From Mobula hypostoma (Eukaryota), in NCBI RefSeq assembly GCF_963921235.1, contig NC_086097.1, forward strand, positions 225,558,001 to 225,622,000: a DNA stretch of 64,000 bases. Reading direction: 5' to 3'. Positions 1 through 12,974 of this stretch are shown here, piece by piece. Each line of letters starts with the position of its first letter. The first letter of the stretch is position 1. The translations under genes and the position numbers were made by a program. The notes beneath the pieces were generated by a model that saw only the letters and a list, made by a program, of their open reading frames with translations, did not search any database and had not been told where the DNA came from.

Positions 1-310
1 GGAGAGCACAAAAGAGGTCACATGAGCCTTTAGAATAAATAAAAAGACAGAGATAAAAATTTAACCTCTATTATCACGGGGGCAAATCCAAAAAGGGTAA
101 TGAATACAGGACTGAAAGTGTTATATTTGAATGTACACTGTAAATGAATTAAGGAACATTATCTTGTACTGCAGCTGGAAATAGGTGGGCATGATGTTGC
201 GGGCATCACTACATCATGGCTGAAATAAGATCACAATTGGGAGCTCAACATCCAAGGGTACGCATTGTATCAGAAGGACAGGCAAGGGGACAGAGGAGAT
301 GAGGTGACTC

Positions 311-900
311 AAGGTTCAAAGTTCAAAGTACATTCATTATCAAATTATGTACGGACATTATACAACCTTGAGGTTTGCCTCCCAGCCATATAAAAAACCC
401 AAAAGAACCCATTTAAAAAACCACTTTCAAACAGTCAACATGCACAGAGAAAAGAAATAAATCATGCAAACAATAAACGCAAGCAAATAACATCCAGAAC
501 TGAAGTCCTCAGAGAGCCCATACCCAGATGGTTATTTCAGCGTGGAGTGGAGCAGTGAGCTGAACAGCCCCATCATTCACCTTGGCCTCCACAGCTTGAA
601 CTTTTCAAGCTGTCCTGGCACCTAAATCATCGTCTAAACATGGGGTTCAGTCACTTCAGTATGTTCTTGGGCCTGGACCCCATCGCCTTGATTCAGCCCG
701 TATGCGACCTTTCCAATTCTGTCCTGTGTTTAAATCATCATCCAAGCATCAGATTCAGTCACTTCGATAAGCTCTGGTGCCTGGACCCACTGCGTCAATT
801 TGGCCCGATCAACTGAACCGAGAGTCTTCCTAACTATCGGAGATGGGCTCGCCTGCCTTACCCAGCCTTGGTTCTGCCACATCAAATTGTCTCCATAGGG
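311..900 (-). mobile_element. Non-autonomous LINE-like insertion with (TTTGAAC)n 3' tail and an internal ~108-bp tandem duplication
   Basis: aaggttcaaagttcaaagtacattcatt at 311-340 reads as an antisense tail; taaatcatc...ttcagtcacttc...cctggaccc occurs at ~623 and ~731. Confidence 0.5.
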
Positions 901-909
901 AAGTTATAG

Positions 910-1040
910 ACAAGCAAAAATCTGCAGATGTGGGAAATCCAAAAAAACATGATCACACACAATGCTGGAGGAACTCAGCAGGTCAGGCAAATCTATGGCA
1001 AAGAGTACAGTTGACGTTTCGGGCCAAGACCCTTCAGCAA
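910..1040 (-). mobile_element. Short Penelope-derived element headed by a decayed hammerhead
   Basis: Minus strand ..tgctgaagggtcttggcccGAAACGTCaactg..cctgctgagttcctccagcatt..tctgcaga; flanks aagttatag (901-909) and aagttatgg (1041-1049) form a TSD. Confidence 0.7.
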
Positions 1041-4000
1041 AAGTTATGGAATATTGCTTGCAATGAACATTACCAGAAAAGAGTGACTAACAAAGTATTT
1101 AGTTGTTTTCCTTATTTCATCAGCCACCAATCAGAATTTACAGAGATTCACCAATGCCATCTTAAACTAGATATGAACTGCTATAGACCTCACTGGTAAA
1201 AAATGAAATAAAATCCTTACAAAGAAGTGACATAGGATCAGAAGGTAGGAGTTATATACAGGCTTCTGCAGAGTAGCCAGGATGTGGGGTACAAATTACA
1301 ATGGAAGAAAGAAAATTATGTTAGAAGAACAATCTTACAATTGTCATAGGGGATTTCAATATGGAGGTAGATTGGGAAAATCAGGTTGGTGCTGAACCCC
1401 AAGAGAGGAAATCTGTGGAATGCTTTTAAGATGGTTTTTTAAAGCAGTTTGTGGTTGAACCCATTAGGGATAAGACAATTATGGATTGAGTGATCTGTAA
1501 TGAAACTTGCAATAATATGAAGGAACCTTTAGGAGTCAGTGATCATAACATGACAGAATTCACCCTGCAGTTTGAGAGGAAGAAGCTAAAAGCAGATATA
1601 TCAATATTAATGTGGAGTAAAGAGAATTACAGAGGAATGAGTGAGGATCAGTCCAATGCTGATTAGAAGGGAACACCAGCAGGGATGATGGCAGGGAAGC
1701 AATGGCTGGAGATTTCAAGAGCAATTCAGATACATCCCAAAGAAGAAATATTCTAAAGGGAGGACGAGGCAACCGTGGCTGATAAAGGAATTCAGGGATG
1801 ACATAAAAGCAAAAGAGAAGGCAAAATGTATCAGAAAAATAGTAGGAAGCTGAAGGACTGGGAATATTTTAAAAATGAGCAGAAAACAATTAAAAAGCAA
1901 TAAGGGGAGAAAAGATGATATATGAAGGTAAGCTAGTAAATAAAATAAAAGAGGATATTAAAAGTTTTTCAGACATATAAACAGTAAAAGAGAGGTGAAA
2001 GTGGATATTGGACTATTGGAAAATTACACTGGAGAGGTAATAATGGGGAACAAAGAAATGGAGGATAAACTTAATAAGTATATTGCAAAAGTCTTCACTG
2101 TGGAAGTAACCAGAAGCATGACAGAAATTCGAGAGTGTCGGGGGCAGGTAAATTAAGTAAGTAGTGCAAAAAGAGAAAATAGAGAACTGAGGTAGTTCAT
2201 GGATTCAATGTCCATTCAGGAATGTGATCCCAGAGGGGAAGAAGCCATTCCTGAATTGTTAAGCGTGTGCCTTCAGGCTCCTACACATCCACCATGATGG
2301 TAGCGATGAGAAGAGGGCATGTCCTGGGTAATCAGGGATCCTAAATGATAAATGCTGCCCTTTTGATACAGCGCTCCTTGAAGATGTCCTGGATGCCACG
2401 GAGGCTAGTGTCCATGATGGATCTGACTGAGTTTGCAACCTTCTACATCTTTTTTCGATCCTATGCAGTAGATCCCCATACCAGGCAGTGATGCAGCTCA
2501 TTAGAATGCTCTCCATTGGACATCCATCAAGATTTACGTGTGTTCTTGGTGACAACTAAATCTCCTCAAGTTTCTAAGGATTTGTACGTATCAGAAATTG
2601 AAAATGCCTTCTTTGTAACTCCATCAATATGTTGGACCCTGGATAGATCCTCAGAATTATTGATAACAGGAACATGAACTTGCTTACCCTTTCAATCTTT
2701 GATCCCTTGGTGAGGACTGCTGTGTGTACTCTCATCTTACCTTGTTTGAAGTCCACAATCAACTCCTTGGTCTTAATTGCATTGAGTGAAAAGTTGTTGC
2801 TGCAGCACCACTCAACCAGCTGATCTATCTGGCTCCCACACGCCATCTGAAACTCTGCCAACTATAGTTGTGTCAGCAGCAAATTTATAGATGGCATTTG
2901 AGCTGTGCCTAGCTACACAGTCATGGGTGTAGAGAGAAAAGAGCAATGGGCTAAGCACGTATCCTTGAGGCGGACACGTTATTTTCGATCTGCACACACT
3001 GAATCAGGATCAGAATCAGTGGTTTTCCAGTAAGGAAGGTGATGATCTAGTTGCAGAGGCCCAGGTGTTGGAGATTTTTGATCATAACTGTAGGAATGAT
3101 TGTGTTAAACGCTGAGCAGTAGTCAATAAGCAGCAGGCTGATTTAAGTATTAGTATTGTTGAGGTGATCCAAGGGTGTGTGAAGAGCCGATGAAATCACA
3201 TCCACTGTAGACTTTATTGTAGTGATTGGCAAATTGCAGAGGGTCCAGGTCTTTGCTTGGGCAGGAGTTGATTCATTGAAACATAGACACATAGAAACAT
3301 AGAAAATAGGTGCAGGAGTAGGCCATTCGGCCCGTTGAGCCTGCACTGCCATTCAGTATGATCATGGCTGATCATCCAACTCAGAATCCTGTACCGGCCT
3401 TCTCTCCATACCCCCTGATCCCTTTAGCCACAAGGGCCATATCTAACTCCCTCTTAAATATAGCCAATTAACTGGCCTCAACTGTTTCCTGTGGCAGAGA
3501 ATTCCACAGATTCACTACTCTCTGTGTGAAGAACTTTTTCCTCATCTCGGTCCTAAAAGGATTCCCCTTTATCCTCAAACTGTGACCCCTCATTCTGGAC
3601 TTCCTCAACATCAGGAACAATCTTCCTGCATCTAGCCTGTCCAATCCCTTTAGGATTTTATACGTTTCAATAAGATCCCCCTCAATCTTCTAAATTCCAA
3701 CGAGTACAAGCCCAGTTCATCCAGTCTTTCTTCATATGAAAGTCCTGCCATCCCAGGAATCAATCTGGTGAACCTTCTTTGTACTCCCTCTATGGCAAGG
3801 ATGTCTTTCCTCAGATTAGGGGACCAAAACCGCACACAATACTCCAGGTGTGGTCTCACTAAGGCCTTGTACAACTGCAGTAGAACCTCCCTGCTCCTGT
3901 ACTCAAATCCTCTTGCTATAAATGCCAGCATACCATTCGCCTTTTTCACCACCTGCTGTACCTGCATGCCCACTTTCAATGACTGGTGTATAATGACACC

Positions 4001-5099
4001 CAGGTCTCGTTGCACCTCCCCTTTTCCTAATCGGCCACCATTCAGATAATAATCTGTTTTCCTGTTTTTGCCACCAAAGTGGATAACTTCACATTTATCC
4101 ACATTAAATTGCATCTGCCATGAGTTTGCCCACTCACCTAACCTATCCAAGTCACCCTGCATCCTCTTAGCATCCTCCTCACAGCTAACACTGCCACCCA
4201 GCTTCATGTCATCCGCAAACTTAGAGATGCTGCATTTAATTCCCTAGTCTAAGTCATTAATATATATTGTAAACAACTGTGGTCCCAGCACTGAGCCTTG
4301 CGGTACCCCACTAGTCACTGCCTGCCATTCTGAAAAGGTCCAGTTTATTCCCACTCTTTGCTTCCTGTCTGCCAAACAATTCTCCATCCACATCAATACC
4401 ATACCTCCAATACCATGTGCTTTAAGTTTGCACACTAATCTCCTGTGTGGGACCTTGTCAAAAGCCTTTTGAAAATCCAAATATACCACATCCACTGGTT
4501 CTCCTCTACCCACTCTACTAGTTACATCCTCAAAAAATTCTATGAGATTCATCAGACATGATTTTCCTTTCACAAATCCTTGCTGACTTTGTCTGATGAT
4601 TTAACTGCTTTCCAAATGTGCTGTTATCACATCTTTGATAACTAACTCTAGCATTTTCCCCACCACCGATGTTAGGCTAACCGGTCTATAATTCCCCGGT
4701 TTCTCTCTCCCGCCTTTTTTAAAAAGTGGGGTTACATTAGCCACCCTCCAATCCTCAGGAACTAGTCCAGAATCTAAAGAGTTTTGAAAAATCATCACTA
4801 ATGCATCCATTATTTCTTGGGCTACTTCCTTAAGCACTCTGGGATGCAGACCATCTGGCCCTGGGGATTTACCTGTCTTTAATCCCTCCAATTTACTTAA
4901 CACCACTGCCCTACTAACATGTATTTCCCTCAGTTCCTCCATCTCACTAGACCCTCTGTCTCCTACTATTTCCAGAAGATTATTTATGTCCTCCTTAGTG
5001 AAGACAGAACCAAAGTAGTTATTCAATTGGTCTGCCATGTCCTTGTTCCCCATGATCAATTCACCTGTTTCTGACTGTAAGGGACCTACATTTGTCTTA

Positions 5100-5590
5100 G
5101 GAAGCCACACTCAGGTTGGAGGAACAACACCTTATATTCCGCCTGGGTAGCCTCCAACCTGAAGGCATGAACATTGACTTCTCTAGCTTCCACTAATGCC
5201 CCACCTCCCCCTCATACCCCATCCATTATTTATACACACATATTCTTTCTCTCACTCTCCTTTTTCTCCCTCTGTTCCTCTGACTATTCCCCTTGCCCAT
5301 CCTCTGGGTTTTCCCCCCCTCCCTCTTTTCCTTCTCCCTGGGCCTCCTGTCCTATGATCCTCTCATACCCCTTTTGCCAATCACCTGTCTAGCTCTTGGC
5401 TCCATCCCTCCCCCTCCTGTCTTCTCCTATCATTTTGGATCTCCCCTTCCCCCTCCCACTTTTAAATCTCTTACTAGCTCTTTCTTCAGTTAGTCCTGAC
5501 GAAGGGTCTTGGCCTGAAACGTCGACTGTACCTTTTCCTAGAGATGCTGCCTGGCCTGCTGCGTTCACCAGCAACTTTGATGTGTGTTGC
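5100..5590 (+). mobile_element. Penelope-like element 3' fragment (end of GIY-YIG ORF plus 3' terminal region)
   Basis: EATLRLEEQHLIFRLGSLQP; close match to the reverse complement of 30393-30880; 9-bp TSD tttgtctta at 5091-5099 and 5591-5599. Confidence 0.9.
5492..5527 (+). ncRNA. Minimal type I hammerhead ribozyme
   Basis: agtc-CTGACGA-agg gtcttgg cct-GAAAC-GTC-gact: intact CUGANGA/GAAA core, stem I agtc/gact, stem II agg/cct, palindromic stem III ACGT; predicted cleavage after 5523. Confidence 0.8.
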
Positions 5591-7415
5591 TTTGTCTTAA
5601 CCAATCTTTTTCTTTTCACATATCTATAAAAGTTTTTACAGTCAGTTTTTATGTTCCCTGCCAGTTTTCTCTCATAATTTTTTCCCCTTTCCTAATTAAG
5701 CCCTTTGTCCTCCTCTGCTGGACTCTGAATTTCTCCCAGTCCTCAGGTGAGCCGCTTTTTCTGGCTAATTTGTATGCTTCTTTGGAATTGATACTATCCC
5801 TAATTTCCCTTGTCAGTCATGGGTGCACTACCTTCCCTGGTTTATTCTTTTGCCAAACTGGGATAAACAATTGTTGTAGTTCATCCATGCGATCTTTAAA
5901 TGCTTGCCATTGCATATCCACCTTCAACCCTTTGAGTATCATTTGCCAATCTATCTTAGCTAATTCACGTCTCTTACTTTCAAAGTTACCCTTCTTTAAG
6001 TTCAGAACCTTTGTTTCTGAATTAACTATGTCACTCTCCATCTTAATGAAGAATTCCACCATATTATGTTCACTCTTACCCAAGGGGCCTCTCATGACAA
6101 GATTGCTAATGAACACTTCCCCATTGGTCAATACCCAGTCTAGAATGGCCTGCTCTGTAGTTGGTTCCTCAACATGTTGGTTCAGAAAACTATCCTGCAT
6201 ACATTCCAAGAAATCCTCTTCCTCAGCACACTTACCAATTTGGTTCACCCAATATATATGTAGATTGAAGTCACCCATTATAACTGCTGTTCCTTTATTG
6301 CACACATTTCTAATTTCCTGTTTAATGCCATCCCCAATGTCACTACTACTGTTAAGTGGCCTGTACGTAACTCCCACCAGCGTTTTCTGCCCCTTAGTGT
6401 TATGCAACTCTACCCATATCGATTCCACATCCTCCCGGCGAATGTCCTTCCTTTCTATTGCGTTAATCTCCTCTCTAACCAGCAATGCTACCCCACCTCC
6501 TTTTCTTTCATGTCTATCCCTCCTGAATATTGAATATCCCAGAATGTTTAGCTCCCATCCTTGGTCTCCCTGGAGCCATGTCTCTGTGATCCCAACTATA
6601 TCATATTCATTAATAACAATCTGAAATTTTAATTCATCCACCTTGTTACGAATGCTCCTTGCATTGACACACAAAGCCTTCAGGCTTGCTTTTACAACTC
6701 TCTTAGCTCTTATACAAATATGCTGAAAAGTGGCCCTTTTTGATTTTTGCCCCAGATTTGCCGGCCTGCAACTTTTACTTTTCACCTCCCTGCTGTGACC
6801 ACCCTCTCAAAGCATTTCATTAACATAGATGTGAGTGCTATTAGTTGATAGTTGTTAAGCAGCTCTTGCTCTTCCTGGCCACTAGTATGATCACTACCCT
6901 TTTGTAGCAGGTGGGAACTTCCGACTGTGGCAACGAGGAATTGAAAATGTCTTTGAACATACCCACCAGTTAGGGTACAGATTTTTAGAACACTACCAGG
7001 TATGCCATAGGGATCTGTTGTTTCATGAAGGTTCACCTTCTTGAAAGATTTAGATTACAGGGTTATTGGATGCTATAGTTTTATTCTCCCTTTCATAGCG
7101 AACATAAAAGGTTGTTGAGATCAACTGCAAGTGAAGCAGTTCTGAAGTTAGTTTTTGCTTTGTAGGAAGTAATGGCCTGCAAACCCTACCAGAGTTGATG
7201 TGCATCCGATTCCACCTCTAACATCAGTCGGAGTTCCACATGCATAAATCATACCTGGGCTTCTTGTATGGTCCTGGATCACCAGGCTTGAATGCTACAG
7301 ATCTAGCCCTCAGTAGACAACAAATCCCCTTGTTCATCCAAGGACTTAGATACGGGTACGTTTGGCTTTTTCTCACAGGTGCATTCTCATCCACACAGGT
7401 TTAAATGAAGTCAAT

Positions 7416-8207
7416 GACCATAAGACCATAAATCTAGGAGCAGAATTAGGCCATTCAGCCCATCGAGTCTGCTCTGTCATTTCTTCAAGGCTGATCCCAG
7501 ATTCCACTCAACCCCGTACATCTGCCTTATTGCCATATTTTTCGATGCCCTGATCAATCAGGAAATGATCAACTTCCGCCTTAAATATACCCATGGACTT
7601 GGCCTCCACCACAGTCTGTGGCAGAGCATTCCACCGAGTCACTACTCACTGGCTAAAAAAAATTCCTCCTTGCCTCCGTTCCAGAAGGTCACCCCTCAAT
7701 CTAGTTCTGGTAACCCCACCATAGTAAACATCGTCTCCACATCCATCTTATCTAGTCCTTTCAACATTCAATAGGTTTCAATGAGATCCCCTGTATTCTT
7801 CTAAATTCCAGTAAGTACAGGCCCAAAGCTGCTAAACGCTCCTCATATGTTAATCCCTTCATTCCCGGAATCATCTTTGTGAACCTCCTCTAGACTCTCT
7901 CCAATAACTGCACATCCTTTCTGAGATTTGGGGCCCAAAACTGTTGACAATACTCCAAATGCGGCCTGACTACTGTCTTATTAAGCCTCAGCATTATCTC
8001 CTTGATTTTATATCCTATTTCCTTGAAATAAATGTCAAGATTTCATTTGTCCTCTTTACCACAGATTCAACCTGTAAATTAATCTTCTGGGAGTCTTGCA
8101 CAAGGACTCCTAAGTCCCTCTGCACCTCTGATGTTTGAACCTTCTCCCATTTATATAATAGTGTGCACTATTGTTCCTTTTACCAAAATGCATTATCATA
8201 CATTTCA
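7416..8207 (-). mobile_element. CR1 3' fragment
   Basis: gaccataagaccataa tail followed by antisense RT C-terminal sequence. Confidence 0.8.
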
Positions 8208-9295
8208 CATGACAACTGTGGCATTATTCATTCAGACACGAAGATGAATCCCTGAATACTGTCCAGCCCATCGACTCAAAGCAGTCCTGTAAGCACTCCT
8301 GCGCCTCCCTTGTCCATACCTTCTTGATTGTCTCCAATGGTGCTGCAGTCTTTCATCTCTGCATCTACTCAGGGAGAAGTACAGTCAGGTGATCAGACAT
8401 TCCAAAGTGTGGGCACGGGATGGCACAATAAGCATTCTTGATGGTAGTGAAACAGTAGTCCAGTGTGTTGACATGTCTGGTTCCATAAGTGATATGTTGG
8501 TGATAACTATTTAGAGACTTTTTCAAGCTGGCCTGATTAAAATTCCCCAGAATGATGAGGAAGACCTCAAGGTGCGCTGTCACATGCCTGTTAATTACAT
8601 TGCTCAGTACGTCTTGAGCCTGTTTGACATGGAAATGAGTTATAATGTACACTGCTACCAAGATGATGACTGAACACTCTCGTGGCAGATAAAATGGATG
8701 ATACTTGATCAAGAGATGTTCCAGGTCAGGTGAGCAGGACTGGGACCGAACTGCCACATTTGTACAGCATAAGGAGTTAATCATAAAGCATACGCCACCT
8801 CCTCTGCCTTTGAAAGACCCAACAGTCCTATCTTGGATGTGAATTGCGAAGCTAGCGAGCTGTATCACTGCGTCCGGAATGGTGGGGCGAAGACTCTGCA
8901 AAACAAAAAAAAACACAAAAGTCCCCGATGTCCCTTTGGTACAGCAATCTTGCTCAGAGGTCTTTGATTTTATTTTCCGAGACTGCACACTTGCCAGTAG
9001 AATAGATAGTAGTGGAAATCTAAACTCTCCTCTCATTAAACAATTTTTGACCCAGTGCAGCATCCTCTCTTCCACTGTCTTAAAGGGGAACTGCACTTGC
9101 AACTGGAGAACGCCATCCAAGATTCATCAAATTTGAGTAGTGATAAATTTTTTAACTCCTTAACTTGATGTTGTTTACTGTCTTGCCCACCCATGGCTGT
9201 AGCTGTGGATTTCAGTTGTCGCATCCTAAAATGGGAATGTTTGAAGATTTCATTAGAGCTGATTGCACAAGTTGCCTTCTTAATGGCACAATTAG

Positions 9296-10865
9296 GAATG
9301 AAGGTCGATAAGTCATCTGGACCAGATGGACTACACCAGAGGGTCCTGAAAGAGTTAGCTGAAGAGTTTGTAGATGCATTGGCAGTGATCTTTCAAGAAT
9401 CATCAGATTGGGGAATGGTTCCGGAGGACTGGAAAATTGCAAATGTCACATCACTCTTTAAGAAGAGGGGAGGCAGAAGAAAGAAAATTATAGGCCAATT
9501 AGCCTGACTTCAATGGTTGGGAACATGTTGGAGTCCATTATTAAGAATGTGGTTTTGTGGTACTTGGAGGCACTTGATAAGATAGGCCAAAGTCAGACCA
9601 GTTTACTTAAGGGGAAATTGTGCCTGATAAATCTGTTGGAATTCTTTGAGGACATAACAGGCAGGATAGGACAAAGGAAAGTCAGTGGAAGTTATTTATT
9701 TGGATTTTCAAAAGGCCTTAGACAATGTGTCACACATGAAGCTGCTTAATAAGATAAGAGCTCATGGTATTACAGGAACCGCTCTGGCATGGATAAAAGA
9801 TTGGCTGACTAGCTGGAGGCAAGGAGTGGAAACAAAAGTGGCCTCTTCCGTTTCGCTGCCGGTGACGAGTGATGTTCCGCAGGGCTCATTGTTGGGACTG
9901 CTTCTTTTCACGTTATCAATGAAAAGATCCAGATGAAAGAACTGATGGCTTTGTGGCCATGTTTGTGGATGATATATAGGATAGGTGAAGGAGCAGGTCC
10001 TGTTGAGGAAGCAGGGAATCTGCAGAAAAAATTAGATAGACTGGGCAAAGAATGAGCAGATGTAATTCAGTATAGGGAAGTGTATGGCCATGAACAGTGG
10101 TAGTAAGAATTAAGGCATAGACTATTTTCTGAAGAGGTAAGAAATTCAGAAATCAGAGGAGCAAAGGGTCTTGGGTGCCCTAGTACAGGATGCTCTAAGA
10201 ATTAACTTGCAGGTTGAATCGGCAGTAAAAAAAACAAATGCAATGGTGGCACTCATTCCAAGAGCACTAGAATATAAATGCAAGGATGTAATCCTGAAGC
10301 TTAATAAGGCATTGGTTAGACTGCACTTGTAATATGATGACCAGTTTTGGGCCCCTTACATTCAAAAGGATGCAGAGGAGTTTCATCAGAATAATCCCAG
10401 GAATTAAATGGTTAATGTATGAGGAGTGTTTGATAGCAATGGCCCTGTGCTCACTAGAGTTTAGAAACATGTGGGGGGAGGGGGAAATCTCACTGAAACC
10501 TATCGAACATTGAAAGGCCTAGATAGAGCGGATGTCAAGAGTATGTTTTCTATCTTTGGGGGAGTCTAGAACCAGAGGGCACAACCTCAGAATATAAGAA
10601 CGACCCTTCAGAACGGAGAAGAGGAATTTCTTTACCCAGAGTGTGGTGAATCTGTGGAATTCATTGCCATGAGTAGCTGTGGAGGTCAAGACTTTGCGTA
10701 TATTTAAAGTGAAAATTGATAGGTTCTGAAGCAGTAAATTTTTCAAAGGTTATGGTGAAAGGGCATAAAAATGGGGTTGAGGAGGGTAATGCATCAGCCA
10801 TAATAGAATGGCAGAGCAGACTCGATGGGCTGAATGGCCTACTTCTGTTTCTTATAGTCTTCTGG
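9296..10865 (+). mobile_element. Old CR1 RT and 3' end (continuation of 60-2147)
   Basis: KSSGPDGLH, WKIANVT, YLDFQKALD, VPQGSLLG, MFVDD; 3' UTR tgaatggcctacttctg. Confidence 0.85.
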
Positions 10866-11399
10866 AGATCGTGAGGTTGTATTTTTTCCAAGGGAACACC
10901 AAGACCCTTTTCCAGATGGTGGCATGGGAACACCTTAGAGAAGTGTTAAGGCCTTGTGCACATCTTAGTTTCAATGGTACAAGACTATGAACAACGCACA
11001 CTGCAAAACTTTAATTCTCATGTTTAATGCACACATGCGGGTGCTGATCAAGCTCGATACTGGTTTGTTTACTGTAGTTGTTACCAGGTTGCACAATTTC
11101 AAATAAATGAACAAACAAATTAGACCAAAGTTTTTCTTTACCACTTCAGGAATTAATGTTTTAGCAGGAAACATGGATAAATCCTGGTATCAGATGTTAG
11201 AAAAATAGCTATTTAATCCCTCTGGAACATCATTTTCCAACTTCAGAGTAAAGAACTAAGACAGCCTTTCAGTCACAGAGTACAAGGATAGGATCCAATG
11301 AGAATGAAAGAAGCCCTATAAATCTAAACCTGTAACAATAAGCAGAAATTCTAAAGATGAATTTTGTACCTACTGAATTTATAAACTGCAGCAACTTAA

Positions 11400-11940
11400 T
11401 TTGCAGGAACATCCAAGCAAGAAGTCGAATTCAGGCATGCTCGGCTGATTATGGTAAAGGACCTGTTCAGTACAACCTGTTGCAGTAAGTGGTACTGAAT
11501 TGATAAATGGATGAACGAATATCCAGTCTGATCCCATCCATCTTCTCGTATCTCAAATGCCTAATGTTTTTTGAAGCTTTCACAGCACTTTCTAATCCCT
11601 TTTTGATATTCAGGATATATTCTTCTTCGTACTTGAAATTAGAAATCAAATATGTTAGGATAAACATCTGTGCAGACGTATACTCATTAAATATTTGTCA
11701 ATAGCAATATTTTCTGCTTCTACTGTTCTTCTTTCTTCTGCATTTTCTTTGTGGATTTCTATCTGGTATGTATATTCTGCCCATCTGTCATACAGAAATC
11801 TTTCAATGTTTTAACCTCCATATTTTCAGCCATTAATTCCTGAGGCGATTTATATTTTCTTTAGGCATCTTCCTATCTTGTCCCTCTGTATTTTTTATTC
11901 CATTTCATATATTTGTGTTTTCTTTAAACCTTCATAGTTA
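11400..11940 (-). pseudogene. Possible highly decayed Tx1/L1-clade ORF1 relic
   Basis: Mixed-frame translation gives ..QMFILTY.., KTLGI*DTRRWM.., HPFINSVPL..VLYHNQP, resembling the Tx1 ORF1 pattern GIWTGKR..HPP..LFYAGQP. Confidence 0.35.
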
Positions 11941-12354
11941 GAACTCCATAGGCCAACAGGCCCTGAAATCTCACACAATCACAGGGTTTCCTTGGGATAA
12001 ATGAGATACCATTTGATAACAGGCATAGGGATGATGAGACACAATTAACCCTGGCCTTTGATTGACATGTAGACAGTGTGACAGCTATGTGCTGCCTGCT
12101 CATTATACTGATCACTGCCCTCTGTCAGTACTGATGATTGGCTGCACTCAGCAGTAGGTGGCCCGATACTATAACTTGCATTCACCAGTTTAAGTTTAAC
12201 CAGTTTAAATTTCTCTTCAGAGCTTGATGAATGGTGATTAAGGTAGATAGAGCTAACCTGGGACACATTCCAGAATGGTACTATACAAGGGAAGGCAGAC
12301 TCCATTATTCCAAAACTGCATTGAAGGCCTCACTTGTGTCTTAAGTGGGCCAGA

Positions 12355-12600
12355 CTTATTTATTTACTTATTAAGATAAAATGTGGAATGGGTCCTTCCA
12401 GCCCTTCGAGCCACACCGCCAGCAGCTCTCCAATTTAACTGTAGCCTGACAATTTACAATGATCAATTAACCCACTAACTGGTACATCTTTGGACTGTGG
12501 ATGAAAACCAGTGCACCTGGAGGAGACCTATGTAGTCCCAGAGAGAATGTCCAAACTCCTTATAGAAATAAACCTGGGTTGCTGGTTCTGTGCCGTGCTG
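12355..12600 (-). mobile_element. tRNA-type SINE (HE1/V-SINE-like), decayed
   Basis: tctttggactgtggatgaaaaccagtgcacctggaggagacc...caaactcc is the antisense SINE body; AT-rich tail at 12355-12375. Confidence 0.6.
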
Positions 12601-12974
12601 GTAGCAGAGTGGTTAGTATAGACAGAGTCGCTTAGTTCTGGTTTCTGCCCTTGTCTTTTCAGATCCCCAAGGACTGTAACCTAGCCAGGCAGTGGAGGAA
12701 GATCATGATAATATAAATGCTCTATCGACTAACATCAAATACACAGTGGTCATCTTAGATACTGATGCAGAGCTGAGGCATGGTCTCCTCATGGTGAGAT
12801 ATTGGACTGGAGGGGGTCTACAACCCACACAGGGTTAAAAGTAGTACAGATGCCACATCACTGGAGACAGGGCAAAGTCATGTTTGATTTCCATTATAGG
12901 GAGTTTTGAAGAGACAATCTGCAGGAGCAATGTCATGGGTACACGTAATGAGGAAGGCAAGTTTGATTAAAAGC

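Larger units (their letters stand above)
60..2147 (+). mobile_element. Old CR1 LINE, 5' part (ORF2 endonuclease and linker), interrupted at ~311-1190; continues at 9296
   Basis: Degenerate APE motifs (LYLNV.., DVAGIT, ELNIQGY, MGDFN, GVSDHNMTEF) and the linker IMGNKEMEDKLNKY; many stops. Confidence 0.8.
3275..6785 (-). mobile_element. Relatively young CR1 LINE, near-complete ORF2 (APE + RT), split by a Penelope insert at 5100-5590
   Basis: ORFs 5817-6785 (NARSIRNK, ITETWL, GDFN), 4601-5110 (KSPGPDGLHP, NYRPVSLTS), 4244-4573 ([21 protein letters not shown]), 3650-4207; KFADD at ~4210-4222; (TTCTATGT)n tail at 3278-3303. Confidence 0.95.
2148..9290 (-). mobile_element. Rex1/Babar-like LINE in three pieces (2148-3272, 6786-7415, 8208-9290), split by younger CR1s
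   Basis: Endonuclease piece RGGGVCFMIN..CSPDLEHL..PFYLPRE (8365-9120); RT pieces PQGYVLSPLLFSLYTHDC, KFAADTT, KTKELIVDF; 3' part HPGHALFS..RSLKAH. Confidence 0.8.

Noticed and set aside
5584..6624. 346-aa plus-strand ORF
   Set aside because: Antisense shadow of the CR1 endonuclease ORF
10975..11160. Minus-strand FEIVQPGNNYS faintly resembles foamy-virus Env
   Set aside because: Only a few residues match, the key Cys is missing, and there is no supporting retroviral context
12651..12714. LSFQIPKDCNLARQWRKIM resembles a THAP domain segment or an exon after a splice acceptor
   Set aside because: A stop follows immediately, the other THAP Cys/His residues were not found, and the match is too short
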